This document shows, piece after piece, positions 1-9,904 of a DNA stretch of 64,000 bases (the stretch's first letter is position 1; every line of letters starts with the position of its first letter). The notes under the pieces are model-generated. The model saw only the letters and a list, made by a program, of their open reading frames with translations. It was not told the origin of the DNA and searched no databases. The DNA is from Flavobacteriaceae bacterium (GTDB lineage: Bacteria; Bacteroidota; Bacteroidia; Flavobacteriales; Flavobacteriaceae): the NCBI GenBank assembly GCA_030148025.1, contig JASBUG010000037.1:1-64000 (forward strand), given 5' to 3'. The translations under genes were made by a program, and so were the position numbers.

Positions 1-11
1 ATTATGATTTT

Positions 12-491
12 GTGTTCTACGATAATATTCACTATTTCTTGCAGGAATATGAAGCCTGGGAAAAGGTATATACAAGTGAAGTAGGCGCCTTAAATGAATT
101 TGATAACGAGAACTATTTACAGTTCTTAGCTGGTGGAAATGACTCTACATTTAGAAGCTCTCAAGATGTTGATGTGTTAAATGTAAATACTATTTATTGG
201 GATTATACAGGTGTTTATGGTGTACAAGATATTTCTGGAAATGCATATCTAAAAACTTTAACATTAGATTACGATTTCTTCGACAATGAACATTTTGAAT
301 TGAACGTTATTAATGACGAACTAATAGAGTTGTACCACCCAACATCGGGAACGTATTATGAATTTGAAGGGCAAGGCTATATTGAGTTTATGAGAAATTC
401 TGGTGATAGTGCAGCTAAATCAAAGAAACAAAAGAAGAGAAAGCAAAAAACAGCGAAGAAAGAAAACCCTAGAGTTAGTAAGCGAAGCTAA
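12..491 (+). CDS. Hypothetical protein, probably the C-terminal part of a longer ORF that continues past the window edge. It ends in a lysine-rich basic tail.
   Basis: The frame stays open upstream to position 3 and the listed start is a GTG. No motif recognised. The tail reads KSKKQKKRKQKTAKKENPRVSKRS. A hairpin terminator follows. Confidence 0.35.
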   Translation: MFYDNIHYFLQEYEAWEKVYTSEVGALNEFDNENYLQFLAGGNDSTFRSSQDVDVLNVNTIYWDYTGVYGVQDISGNAYLKTLTLDYDFFDNEHFELNVINDELIELYHPTSGTYYEFEGQGYIEFMRNSGDSAAKSKKQKKRKQKTAKKENPRVSKRS

Positions 492-542
492 TTAGTGCAT
501 ATAGATAAAGCTAGAATTTTTGGTTGGTTATTTTAGTTTTGG

Positions 543-581
543 AACTGCTTAGAGATATATTCTTTAAGCAGTTTCTTTTTT
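543..581 (+). terminator. Rho-independent terminator
   Basis: An 11/12 bp stem (aactgcttagag / ctttaagcagtt) followed by a T run. Confidence 0.5.
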
Positions 582-639
582 GGAGTAATTGTGACTTTTT
601 AAACATATGGTGTCTAAATAATTGTAAATAAAAAGTGTC

Positions 640-1128
640 ATGAGTATATTTTCTTTTATTAAAAATGCAGGAGCTAAAGTTTTAGGAATAGGAAAAACTG
701 AAGAAGAGGAAGCTGCAGAAGCTCTTGCAGCAAAACAAAAAGCTGAAGCAATGGCTGCAAACTATATGGAACAAACAGTAAGAGATCTACAATTAGAAGT
801 AGAGAATTTAAGTGTTTGTATTGTAGAAGATACAGCTACAATAACAGGAATGGCTTATGATCAAGCGACAAAGGAAAAAGTGGTTTTAGTGGTTGGTAAT
901 TCAAAAGGAATTGCTACAGTAGATGATCAAATGACGGTAAGCTATAAAGAACCTGAGGCACAATTTTATATGGTTGTAAGTGGAGATACCTTAGGAAAGA
1001 TTGCCAAAAAGTATTACGGGAATGCTATGAAATACCCAATTATTTTTGAAGCAAATCAACCCATGTTAAAGAGCCCAGATCTAATTTATCCTGGACAAGT
1101 TTTAAGAGTCCCAAATTTGGATGATTGA
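640..1128 (+). CDS. BON + LysM domain protein (YgaU/Kbp-like potassium-binding protein)
   Basis: The N-terminus (MSIFSFIKNAGAKV) and a BON-like middle region are followed by a C-terminal LysM (VSGDTLGKIAKKYYGNAMKYPIIFEANQPMLKSPDLIYPGQVLRVP). This closely parallels my memory of E. coli YgaU. Confidence 0.65.
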   Translation: MSIFSFIKNAGAKVLGIGKTEEEEAAEALAAKQKAEAMAANYMEQTVRDLQLEVENLSVCIVEDTATITGMAYDQATKEKVVLVVGNSKGIATVDDQMTVSYKEPEAQFYMVVSGDTLGKIAKKYYGNAMKYPIIFEANQPMLKSPDLIYPGQVLRVPNLDD

Positions 1129-1149
1129 TAATAGATTGATTGATAATAA

Positions 1150-1176
1150 AACCAGCTCTTAGAGCTGGTTTTTTAT
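1150..1176 (+). terminator. Rho-independent terminator
   Basis: A ccagctc/gagctgg stem followed by TTTTTTA. Confidence 0.55.
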
Positions 1177-1296
1177 TGTCAAAACATAAAAAATAAAAGA
1201 AAAAGACTACACAAAATTACATTTCATCGAAAAAATTACGCGTTTTAAAGATTTTTATTATATGTTTATCGACGAACCTACTTTAACTAAAATATT

Positions 1297-1902
1297 ATGA
1301 AAAAAATCCCCCAAACAATTTTCATACTATGTGCCTTTATTGTTTTTGGCTGTAGTACAGAAAAGTTAGCTGAAGAAACAGCGAGTAAAGATCCAAATTT
1401 TAGAGTAACACAATCTTTCTCTAAAAGAAAAAACAAACCTCTCAATACTTCTAGAGAATCGATAGAAGATCCTTGTATGACAACTAATTTAATTGCAGGC
1501 CAACACCATATAGCAGGTACTGTAACTGTAGATACAGATGAAGAAGATTTAATAATTACTTATAGAACCAATGAAGATTGGACGATTAGAGCTACACATA
1601 TGAGTATTGGAAACTGCGAAGATCAATCTATACCTACTACTGGTTCTGGAAACCCAAAAGTTGGAAAGTTTGAACACCATACAACACATAACGATGGTAT
1701 AAATGAAGTAATTTATAGAATTAGTAAAGATGCTATTGATGAAAACTATTGTTTTGCTGCTCATGCAGAAGTTGTTGGCCCTACAGGAGGTGAAACAGCT
1801 TGGGCAGAAGGAACACCTTTTGATGGTAATAATTGGGCAATGTTTGTAGAAGCTTTATTGTCTGATTGTGATGTAGAAGGAGGTGGTAGCGATCCTCGAT
1901 AG
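1297..1902 (+). CDS. Lipoprotein of an unrecognised family; copy 1 of a tandem paralog pair
   Basis: Lipobox signal (ILCAFIVFGCS). Conserved blocks are shared with the downstream paralog: LIAGQH..AG.V.VD, TGSGNPK.G.FE.H, AAHAEV, ETAW, NWAMF.E. There are four conserved Cys. Confidence 0.5.
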   Translation: MKKIPQTIFILCAFIVFGCSTEKLAEETASKDPNFRVTQSFSKRKNKPLNTSRESIEDPCMTTNLIAGQHHIAGTVTVDTDEEDLIITYRTNEDWTIRATHMSIGNCEDQSIPTTGSGNPKVGKFEHHTTHNDGINEVIYRISKDAIDENYCFAAHAEVVGPTGGETAWAEGTPFDGNNWAMFVEALLSDCDVEGGGSDPR

Positions 1903-1921
1903 AACCTTAAAATATTAAGTT

Positions 1922-1949
1922 AAAAACCGGCTATCTAAGCCGGTTTTTA
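1922..1949 (+). terminator. Rho-independent terminator
   Basis: A ccggc...gccgg stem followed by TTTTT. Confidence 0.55.
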
Positions 1950-2057
1950 ATTAAAAGTAATATAAGAACTACATCCATTGGTAGTTTGTCGAATTATTAT
2001 ACTATTTACTTAGACTTTGTTTTAAATTTACGTGTAACCTATTTATTGTTGTGTATT

Positions 2058-2627
2058 ATGAAAACGCGAATAATTTATTTAATGATGATATTTGCATCTA
2101 TGTTTTTTGGATGTGAAAAGGAAGCAGAAATTTTGGAGAATGAAAATGGCCAATACACAGTTTCTGAAGCCATAATTGATAGTACAAATTCAAGTAATTC
2201 TGATCAAGACTCTTGTTATACAATTGATTTAATAGCAGCCCAACATTTTGTTGCAGGAAATGTAAGTGTTGATAATGATGGTGAAAATCTAGTTATAACC
2301 TTCACAACCAATGACGATTGGACCATAAACGCTACTCATTTATATATTGGAGCTTGTGAAGATATTCCACTTACAGGCTCTGGGAATCCTAAAATTGGAA
2401 ATTTTGAATATCACTCAAACCACTCTGATGGGACTAATCAAGTAGTATATACAATAAGTTTGGAAGATATTCCAGAGGTATATTGTTTAGCAGCGCATGC
2501 CGAAGTTATCTCAAGTTCTGGTGTTGGTGAAACAGCTTGGGGAGCAGGTGATGACTTTTCAGGAAATAGTTGGGCTATGTTTATAGAAGATAGTTTAACT
2601 AATTGTAACTCTATTCAACCAGAATAA
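2058..2627 (+). CDS. Lipoprotein; copy 2 of the tandem paralog pair
   Basis: The start is reassigned to the ATG at 2058 (MKTRIIYLMMIFASMFFGCEKE lipobox). It is roughly 50% identical to 1297-1902 over the mature domain. Confidence 0.5.
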   Translation: MKTRIIYLMMIFASMFFGCEKEAEILENENGQYTVSEAIIDSTNSSNSDQDSCYTIDLIAAQHFVAGNVSVDNDGENLVITFTTNDDWTINATHLYIGACEDIPLTGSGNPKIGNFEYHSNHSDGTNQVVYTISLEDIPEVYCLAAHAEVISSSGVGETAWGAGDDFSGNSWAMFIEDSLTNCNSIQPE

Positions 2628-2639
2628 GTTTAACAGTTA

Positions 2640-3218
2640 TTACTTATAAAAATTCATTTCATCTAGATATTGCCAAACATGTTCTGGTAACATTGGGCGA
2701 ACATTTTTACCTTCTTTAATAGATTTTCTAATAAAGGTAGACGAGAGTTCCATTATTGGTGCTTTTACTCGTTTAATATTAGGTTGATCGTCAAATCTGG
2801 TTTCAACTTTTCCTTCAGAGATACGAGGGTATACATATATACTGTAACGAGCTAATATAATATCGAAGTTTTTCCATTTATGGAAACTTTTCAAATTATC
2901 CTCTCCCATAATTAAGGCAAACTCATACTCTGGATATTTCTCTTCTAAATGTGCTAGTGTATTTACGGTATAATTTGGTTGTGGTAAACCAAACTCAATA
3001 TTACTTTCTTTTAGTTTTTGATAATCTTTAGTAGCGCGATACACCATTTCTAAACGCTGATGGTCATCTAAAAGGGAGTTTTTCTTTTTAAAAGGACTAT
3101 GAGGTGTTACTACAAACCAAACTTGATCTAGATCACTATATTCTGCCATATGATTGGCAATGGTTAAATGGCCAACATGAATTGGATTGAATGTGCCAAA
3201 ATATAGTCCGACCTTCAT
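2640..3218 (-). CDS. nadD: Nicotinate-nucleotide adenylyltransferase
   Basis: The N-terminus GLYFGTFNPIHVGHL carries the (H/T)xGH nucleotidyltransferase motif. Length 192 aa. Confidence 0.8.
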   Translation of the reverse strand: MKVGLYFGTFNPIHVGHLTIANHMAEYSDLDQVWFVVTPHSPFKKKNSLLDDHQRLEMVYRATKDYQKLKESNIEFGLPQPNYTVNTLAHLEEKYPEYEFALIMGEDNLKSFHKWKNFDIILARYSIYVYPRISEGKVETRFDDQPNIKRVKAPIMELSSTFIRKSIKEGKNVRPMLPEHVWQYLDEMNFYK

Positions 3219-3221
3219 GAG

Positions 3222-3794
3222 TTATTTTTTAATAAAATTAGATACTAATGAATATGCATTTTCTAAAGCTTGATCCAGATCTTTATTAATCACAATCTCA
3301 TCAAATAAAGGAGCTGTAGCTAATTCGGCTGGTGCTTTTGCCACTCGCATACTTATTTTTTCTTCAGTTTCTTCACCTCTATCTTTTAATCGTCTTACCA
3401 ATTCATTTAAATCTGGTGGTTTTACAAAAATAGCTAAGGTTTCTTCAGGGAATTTACGTTTTATACGTAAGCCTCCAGACACGTCAATGTCAAAAATAAC
3501 ATGCTTTCCTTTAGACCAAATACGTTCTATTTCGCTTTTTAAAGTGCCATAAAAATTATCGCGATATACTTCTTCCCATTCTAGAAATTCATCATTTTTT
3601 ATTTTGTCTTTAAATTCACGTGCCGATAGGAAATAATAATCTTTACTATCTATTTCCTGACCTCTTTTTTCACGTGACGTTGCAGAGATCGAGAACTCTA
3701 AATTAAGTTCTTCTTGTTTTAATAAATGGCGTACTATAGTTGTTTTACCCGATCCTGAAGGTGCCGAAAATACAATTAGTTTTCCTTTACTCAT
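3222..3794 (-). CDS. gmk: Guanylate kinase
   Basis: A P-loop (SAPSGSGKTT) with the overall Gmk pattern. Length 190 aa. Confidence 0.85.
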   Translation of the reverse strand: MSKGKLIVFSAPSGSGKTTIVRHLLKQEELNLEFSISATSREKRGQEIDSKDYYFLSAREFKDKIKNDEFLEWEEVYRDNFYGTLKSEIERIWSKGKHVIFDIDVSGGLRIKRKFPEETLAIFVKPPDLNELVRRLKDRGEETEEKISMRVAKAPAELATAPLFDEIVINKDLDQALENAYSLVSNFIKK

Positions 3795-3795
3795 A

Positions 3796-4659
3796 TTATA
3801 GTACGTTAAGTAGTTGTTCTTTAATTTTTTCTAACTCATCTTTCATTTGAACCACTAACTTTTGCATTGGTGCATAATTGGCTTTAGAACCGATGGTATT
3901 AATTTCTCTACCTATTTCCTGACCAATAAACCCTAATTTTTTACCATTAGAATCGTTAGAATCTAGTGACTTTTCAAAGTACTCTAAGTGATTGTGTAAG
4001 CGCACTTTTTCTTCAGTGATATCAAATTTTTCTATATAATAAACCAACTCTTGTTCAAACCTATTCTCATCCACTTTTTCTTTAAGTTCGGCAATACCTC
4101 TGTTTAAACGTTCTCTAACATTTTCAATACGTTCAGGATCCATAGCTATTACCTGTTCTAGTAACGCATCAATGTTTTTAATTCTATTTCTAAAATCGTT
4201 TTCAAGAGCATTACCTTCTTCTGTTCTATAGGTGTGAATTTTGTCTAGTGCCGAATTAATTCCGTCTTCAATGGTTTTCCATTCATCTTCATCAATTTCC
4301 TCACGCTCTGTGTTTAAAGCATCTGGCATTCTAACAGCCATTTTTAAAAGCTCAGTTTCATCCCCATTTACAATATCTTTTAGCTGTTCGATATATTGTT
4401 TTACCACAGGTTTATTTACTTGGCTTGATGTTTCTTCGCCAGTAATTTCCATATATAGTGAAAAATCGACTTTACCTCTTACAAGCTTTGAGGCAATTAG
4501 TTTTCGTATTCCAAGTTCTTTTTCTCTGTATATGGAAGGCATTCGCGCATTCAAATCAAGGTTTTTGCTATTAAGAGATTTTATTTCTATTGAAATTTTT
4601 TTAGTTGGGAGCTGTAATACAGATTTCCCATAACCTGTCATTGATTGTATCATTTGCAA
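3796..4659 (-). CDS. yicC: YicC/YloC family endoribonuclease
   Basis: MTGYGKS N-terminus, YicC-like N-terminal region and DUF1732-like C-terminus. Length 287 aa. Confidence 0.75.
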   Translation of the reverse strand: MQMIQSMTGYGKSVLQLPTKKISIEIKSLNSKNLDLNARMPSIYREKELGIRKLIASKLVRGKVDFSLYMEITGEETSSQVNKPVVKQYIEQLKDIVNGDETELLKMAVRMPDALNTEREEIDEDEWKTIEDGINSALDKIHTYRTEEGNALENDFRNRIKNIDALLEQVIAMDPERIENVRERLNRGIAELKEKVDENRFEQELVYYIEKFDITEEKVRLHNHLEYFEKSLDSNDSNGKKLGFIGQEIGREINTIGSKANYAPMQKLVVQMKDELEKIKEQLLNVL

Positions 4660-4697
4660 AATTTAAAAGTTGCACAAAGATAACTAAATCACTTATT

Positions 4698-5243
4698 ATG
4701 CAAGAGATAAAACCTCTAAACATAATTGACCAAAAGAATTACCTTTATTGGCAAAATAAAATAATTATGTATATAAAGGAATTTGATATTCGCTGGAGTG
4801 ATATAGATGCTAATAAACACTTGGGGAATTCATCATATATTGATTATATGAGTCATGTACGTATGTCTTTTTTTGATGAGAATAAAATGGGGCTTAAAGA
4901 GATGACAAATTTAGGATTAGGACCTATAGTATTTTATGAACACATCTATTACTTTAAAGAAATTCTTTTAGAAGACAACATTAAGGTGAGTTTAGAAATA
5001 GCAGGATACAGTGACGATTGTAAATTTGTTATGTTCTCTCATAATTTTTATGATGATAAAGGGAAACATTTAGCGCATTGTGAGATGCTTTTTTCCTGGA
5101 TCGATCTCAATACTAGAAAACTGGCGCAAGTACCAAGTGAACTAGCAGAAAAAATTAAACGTTTTCCGAAAGGAAAAAACTTTAAAACCTTGACAAAAGA
5201 AGATACTAGAAAGCACGGGAAAAGACCTATTGATCTGGTTTGA
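4698..5243 (+). CDS. Acyl-CoA thioesterase (hot-dog fold, 4HBT-like)
   Basis: The start is moved to the ATG at 4698 to avoid overlapping yicC. The FDIRWSDIDANKHLGNSSYIDY motif is typical of YbgC/4HBT_2 thioesterases. Confidence 0.5.
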   Translation: MQEIKPLNIIDQKNYLYWQNKIIMYIKEFDIRWSDIDANKHLGNSSYIDYMSHVRMSFFDENKMGLKEMTNLGLGPIVFYEHIYYFKEILLEDNIKVSLEIAGYSDDCKFVMFSHNFYDDKGKHLAHCEMLFSWIDLNTRKLAQVPSELAEKIKRFPKGKNFKTLTKEDTRKHGKRPIDLV

Positions 5244-5307
5244 AATTACTTATAAAATAAAAATTGTGTAACTTAATACCATATAAACTAACTAAATTTT
5301 TAATATT

Positions 5308-5748
5308 ATGGAAGGAATGGATATTAATTGGATTGCTCTGGTAGTTGCTGCAATCATTCCCTTAGTGACAGGTTTTATTTGGTATAATCCTAAAGTTTTT
5401 GGAACGGCCTGGATGAAAGAAACAGGAATGACTGAAGAGAAAGCAAAAAGTATGAACCCTGGCAAAACTTATGGATTGGCAGTAGTATTTGCTTTTTTAG
5501 TTGCCTTTAAACTTTGGGGAGAAGTAATGTTAGGAGGTGCTCCTAGTGATCCTCATGGTACCGAAGCATTTTTAACTTTTAAGCATGGTGCATTACATGG
5601 TGCAGTAGTTGGGGTACTTATAGTACTACCTGTTTTTGCAACCAATGCATTATTTGAAATGAAGTCGGCTAGATATGTACTTATTAATGTTGGCTATTGG
5701 ATAGTTACTATGGCACTAATGGGAGGTACGATTAATGCGTGGACTTAG
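5308..5748 (+). CDS. DUF1761 family membrane protein
   Basis: INWIALVVAAIIPLVTGFIWYNPKVFGTAWMKETGMTEE matches my recollection of the DUF1761 consensus. Three TM segments. Confidence 0.5.
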   Translation: MEGMDINWIALVVAAIIPLVTGFIWYNPKVFGTAWMKETGMTEEKAKSMNPGKTYGLAVVFAFLVAFKLWGEVMLGGAPSDPHGTEAFLTFKHGALHGAVVGVLIVLPVFATNALFEMKSARYVLINVGYWIVTMALMGGTINAWT

Positions 5749-5769
5749 TAGCGTGTGTTAAAGAATATC

Positions 5770-5797
5770 AAGAGGCTATTTAGCCTCTTTTTTGTTT
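5770..5797 (+). terminator. Rho-independent terminator overlapping the stop codon of the convergent gene
   Basis: An agaggcta/tagcctct stem followed by TTTTTTGTTTTT. Confidence 0.5.
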
Positions 5798-6930
5798 TTA
5801 AAAGGCTTATGTTGTTTAAACTCTTTAATTTGAATACGTTTTATAAAAAACTGTATAATAGCATTAATAAAAGGACGCTTATGTTTAATATAACAGGTTA
5901 GATTAACAGGTATTGCTCCTATGGTAGTTTTTATTTCAGAAGCTGTACGCCCAAAATTAATATGAGACACTTGTTTTTCTATACCAATACGTATATAATC
6001 ATTTAAAATGCGAGGGTAAATAGCATGTGCTTTATTTAAATCGTAATTCAATCCAATAAAGTGTGCGTCTAAATGATTATTATTTGCTAAGGCAGAGAGG
6101 AATCCAACTAATTCACCCTTTAGAAAATAGGCTTTTACTATAAAATTTTCATGATACACCTCTCGTAAATGGATATACGTATCCAGATTTAAAACTTGGG
6201 CGTTAAAACTAGCATTAGCAATAGTATTTTCATACAATTCTTGAAGTTGATCTTTATAGCTTGCAAAGTCCTCTTCATCAAATAGTTTTGCTGTTAATGT
6301 AGTACTGGTACTATCTGCTTTATTAACTTTTACACGATATTTAGATTTAAGAACATTCTTATAATCCTCATAGCTTTTCCAGTTTTCATCCAGTCTCAAG
6401 ATCATATTAGGTTCTACATGCATAGCAGCAAACCCAAACTCTTTAAACGTGTTTGTGGTCAATAAAGAGTCTTGTAAAAAATCTTTTATAAAAATGGCAT
6501 GAAGTGATTTGGTTTTTTTTGCAACCTTATTTATTTCTTTTCCAATGGTTCGAACCGCTTCAGTTTTGTCGATACTATCATTAATAAAAAGACCATGTTC
6601 ACCACTTAAAAATATATTTCCGTGAAACATGATTTTTATAATGTTGTTACAGAAAAAAAAGTTAATAATACGCTTAAGAATATTAGATATTTTAATATTC
6701 TTCAAAATAACATCAATACTTAACTCAATAGTTTGAAGCAATGCTAAGGCAACAGCACCGTCCTTATTTGAAACAACAATATATTTAAAATCTATTTGTG
6801 GATTAGAGACCTCGAAAGCCTTCAAAAAAGGAATGCTAAAATAGACATTGCTACTACAATTTAGAGTTTTCCACTGCTCGTTTGAAATAGCATCAATAGT
6901 GTTATAAGTTGTAGCTTTAAGTTGGTGCAT
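5776..6930 (-). CDS. FemAB-like / GNAT-fold acetyltransferase family protein (putative)
   Basis: 384 aa with no signal peptide. Overall resemblance to the PF13480-type acetyltransferase family found in Bacteroidota. Weak. Confidence 0.3.
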   Translation of the reverse strand: MHQLKATTYNTIDAISNEQWKTLNCSSNVYFSIPFLKAFEVSNPQIDFKYIVVSNKDGAVALALLQTIELSIDVILKNIKISNILKRIINFFFCNNIIKIMFHGNIFLSGEHGLFINDSIDKTEAVRTIGKEINKVAKKTKSLHAIFIKDFLQDSLLTTNTFKEFGFAAMHVEPNMILRLDENWKSYEDYKNVLKSKYRVKVNKADSTSTTLTAKLFDEEDFASYKDQLQELYENTIANASFNAQVLNLDTYIHLREVYHENFIVKAYFLKGELVGFLSALANNNHLDAHFIGLNYDLNKAHAIYPRILNDYIRIGIEKQVSHINFGRTASEIKTTIGAIPVNLTCYIKHKRPFINAIIQFFIKRIQIKEFKQHKPFKNKKEAK

Positions 6931-6968
6931 GTAAGTGTTTAGTCGCAGTTTTTAAAAATCCCTACAGC

Positions 6969-7325
6969 TTAAAGATTTTCTATTTCGGTTTTAGTTTCAG
7001 CTATAGTTTTTTTCGAGTTTCCAATAAAAATAGAATTGTTTACAATTATTACTGGACGTTTTAAAAATGTATAATGTTCTAAAATGTAGCGCTTAAAATC
7101 ACGTTCTTCTAAAGTTTGATCTTTAAGCCCCATCTCTTTATATAGTTTTGCTCTTTTACTAAACAGTGCTTCGTAACTTCCAGACAATGAGTGCATTTCT
7201 TCTAATTGAGCTACGGTTATAGCCTCTTCTTTAATATCTTGAAATAAAAAACCAGATGGAAGATCCAACTCTTTAATAATTCGCATACAAGTATTACAAG
7301 TTTTTAGGTAGTATATTTTTTTCAT
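6969..7325 (-). CDS. ArsC/Spx-family thioredoxin-fold protein
   Basis: MKKIYYLKTCNTCMRI carries the CxxC-like N-terminal motif of the ArsC/Spx/YffB family. The start is taken at MKKIYY. Confidence 0.6.
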   Translation of the reverse strand: MKKIYYLKTCNTCMRIIKELDLPSGFLFQDIKEEAITVAQLEEMHSLSGSYEALFSKRAKLYKEMGLKDQTLEERDFKRYILEHYTFLKRPVIIVNNSIFIGNSKKTIAETKTEIENL

Positions 7326-7393
7326 TTCTAACAAAGATTAACTTTACAAAGAAAATCAAATAGCTGTAATAATACTTTTTTAATTAAAATAAA

Positions 7394-7849
7394 ATGGATT
7401 ACGTTTTAGATATTGCCAAAATGAATAGAGGAATTCTATTAAAAATAGCAGATAATTTTTCATTAGAACAATTAAATAAAATCCCCGAAGGATTTCAAAA
7501 TAATCTTATATGGAATATTGCCCATGTTATAGTAACGCAACAATTGTTGGTTTATAATTTGTCAGGATTGCCAATGATGATAAGTGATGATATGGCTGCA
7601 AAATATAGAAAAGGAACGAAAGTAGAAGGCGATGTAAGTCAAGAAGAAGTAGATGAAATAAAAGAGTTAATGTTGTCAACCATAGAAAGAACAAGAGAAG
7701 ATTATAAAAATGGGCTTTTTAAAACGTATAACACGTATACAACTTCTACAAATGCCACTATTAGTACTGTTGAAGAAGCGATGCAGTTCAATAATTTTCA
7801 CGAAGGCACACATTTAGGCTATATATTAGCGCTTAAAAAATCAATATAA
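7394..7849 (+). CDS. DinB-family (DinB_2) four-helix-bundle protein
   Basis: 151 aa with conserved His residues (IAHVIV; FHEGTHLG) typical of the DinB/YfiT family. Confidence 0.5.
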   Translation: MDYVLDIAKMNRGILLKIADNFSLEQLNKIPEGFQNNLIWNIAHVIVTQQLLVYNLSGLPMMISDDMAAKYRKGTKVEGDVSQEEVDEIKELMLSTIERTREDYKNGLFKTYNTYTTSTNATISTVEEAMQFNNFHEGTHLGYILALKKSI

Positions 7850-7851
7850 TT

Positions 7852-9096
7852 ATGGATTACTTCTCGGTAGCAGCCATACTTACTGTGCTTTCAGCGGTTT
7901 TTGGATATATTAATGTGCGCTTTTTAAAATTGCCAATTACTATTGGATTAATGCTTATAACTATAGTCTTCACATTGGTTGTAGTAGCTATTGGTCAGTT
8001 TGACGATACCCTTTTAGTACGTGAAAAGGAGCTCATATCCCAGATCGATTTTAAAACGGTATTGCTTGATATTATGTTAAGCTTTTTACTATTTGCAGGA
8101 GCATTACATACAAATTTTGCTCAGTTAAAAGTACAACGTTGGCCAGTATTTATATTTGCTACAGCTGGCGTTTTAATTTCGACGTTTTTAGTTGGAACGA
8201 TCATGTTTTATGTGCTTCAATTAATAGGAATGAATGTTGATTTTATTTATTGCTTATTATTTGGTGCTTTGATCTCGCCAACCGATCCTATTGCTGTTTT
8301 AGGGATTTTGAAAAAAGCAGGTGCTCCTAAAAAGTTGGAAACTAAAATAGTTGGGGAATCGTTGTTTAATGATGGTGTAGGCGTGGTTATATTTTTAACA
8401 ATCTTTAAAATTGCTGAAGGTGGAAGTGGAGTTACCTTTGGATATATAGTAGAAATGTTTGCTGTTGAGGTTCTTGGTGGGATAGCTCTTGGTTTAATAC
8501 TTGGGTGGATTACTTATAGAATGATGCGATCTATAGACGATTACGAAATAGAAGTGATTATAACTATAGCGGCCGTAATGGGAGGCACATTAATTGCACA
8601 AAAGTTGCATATGTCTGCACCACTGGCAATGGTAACTACTGGATTGATTGTTGGGAATGATACAGTTAGGAATACAGCAATGTCTGAAATAACCGAAACC
8701 TATGTCGATAAGTTTTGGGAGCTATTAGATGTATTTTTAAACACCATATTATTTGTTATGATTGGTATGGAAATGCTTGTATTAACGTTTGAGGGCAACT
8801 ATATTTTAGCTGGATTACTAGGCATACCAATTGTGCTTCTATCGAGATTTATTTCACTTTGGGGACCAATAAAATTCTTTGACAGGAAGCTTGAGTTTGT
8901 TCCTAATACAAATTTAATAATGACCTGGGGAGGACTTAGAGGAGGAATTTCAATTGCATTAGCGCTTAGTTTGACACAAGAAATGCACAAAGAATTGTTT
9001 TTGGTAGTTACATATATTATTGTAGCATTTTCAATAATAGGTCAAGGTTTAACTGTAGAACCTATAGTAAAACGATTTGCAAAAAATAACAGCTAG
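7852..9096 (+). CDS. Na+/H+ antiporter, CPA1 family
   Basis: Multi-TM protein with a CPA1 family pattern. Length 414 aa. Confidence 0.6.
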   Translation: MDYFSVAAILTVLSAVFGYINVRFLKLPITIGLMLITIVFTLVVVAIGQFDDTLLVREKELISQIDFKTVLLDIMLSFLLFAGALHTNFAQLKVQRWPVFIFATAGVLISTFLVGTIMFYVLQLIGMNVDFIYCLLFGALISPTDPIAVLGILKKAGAPKKLETKIVGESLFNDGVGVVIFLTIFKIAEGGSGVTFGYIVEMFAVEVLGGIALGLILGWITYRMMRSIDDYEIEVIITIAAVMGGTLIAQKLHMSAPLAMVTTGLIVGNDTVRNTAMSEITETYVDKFWELLDVFLNTILFVMIGMEMLVLTFEGNYILAGLLGIPIVLLSRFISLWGPIKFFDRKLEFVPNTNLIMTWGGLRGGISIALALSLTQEMHKELFLVVTYIIVAFSIIGQGLTVEPIVKRFAKNNS

Positions 9097-9812
9097 TAAA
9101 TTTTAAGAAGATCATCAACTTCCTCAAAAGGAATAGTGAATTCTGTTATTCCAGCTGCATAAGAAGCGATTTCGTATACGTTGTAGAATAGCAGGACACC
9201 GTCGTCGTTATAGCCAATATTAGCCGGTAATTGAAACGCTTCTCCAAAAAAGTACTCGCCATAACTTACCTTATCTTTGTCTTGTGTAGCTACTTCAAAG
9301 TGTTTTTTTGCAATGTCTGTAAAAGCAAGTTTGTCGATAATAAGATCATCAAGATTCAGTAAGGTTCCAGAGGCTGTTTCAAAATTAAAAAGAGTCACAT
9401 TTGTATTTCCGTGTGCACCTCCAGTATTTAAATAACTATTAATAGCTATGGTTATAACGCCTGGGGAATGGTATGTAACTTCTCCGTCAAAAGTAGCCTC
9501 CCATACCAGAGCACTTTCTTCAAAATCACTTTTAAAAGAAGCATATTCTTTGTCAAACTTAGAAACAGCATACGCTAAAGATATAGTATCAGAATCATCT
9601 TCTCCAAAGTTCAACATATTAGCAATATGATTATCAATTTTAGTATTGATTTTTTTAGCTATTTCAGAAGAGCCTTCCGCATTTGGAATATTTAGCTCAA
9701 TAATTGCATTGTCACTGTACTCTTTGTTTATCTCTGCAAAGGTAATATTGACAGCTTCTTCACAGGAAAAGAGCCCTAGAATGACAAGTAATAAAAGAAA
9801 TTTTGTTTTCAA
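9093..9812 (-). CDS. DUF3298/DUF4163 domain lipoprotein (RsiV-like fold)
   Basis: Lipobox (LGLFSCEE) and the NTGGAHGN motif characteristic of DUF3298. Confidence 0.6.
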   Translation of the reverse strand: MKTKFLLLLVILGLFSCEEAVNITFAEINKEYSDNAIIELNIPNAEGSSEIAKKINTKIDNHIANMLNFGEDDSDTISLAYAVSKFDKEYASFKSDFEESALVWEATFDGEVTYHSPGVITIAINSYLNTGGAHGNTNVTLFNFETASGTLLNLDDLIIDKLAFTDIAKKHFEVATQDKDKVSYGEYFFGEAFQLPANIGYNDDGVLLFYNVYEIASYAAGITEFTIPFEEVDDLLKIY

Positions 9813-9904
9813 TTGAATAGCGTTTTGGGTTATTTACTTTAAAGGTATGAGATACTTTTTAATAGAACGAATTAAACTTTAAATTTGTTATAAAATAATA
9901 GAAA

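Noticed and set aside
1549-1764. 71 aa antisense ORF inside the lipoprotein gene
   Set aside because: Fully embedded on the opposite strand of a conserved paralogous CDS. Low-complexity hydrophobic translation, taken as spurious.
4241-4633. 130 aa ORF antisense to yicC
   Set aside because: Ser-rich and low-complexity. It is overlapped entirely by a confidently identified gene.
9813-9904. Possible SAM/T-box-type riboswitch upstream of the Cys/Met PLP enzyme gene
   Set aside because: The 92 nt leader is AT-rich, without the conserved GC-rich helices of an S-box or SAM-II element.
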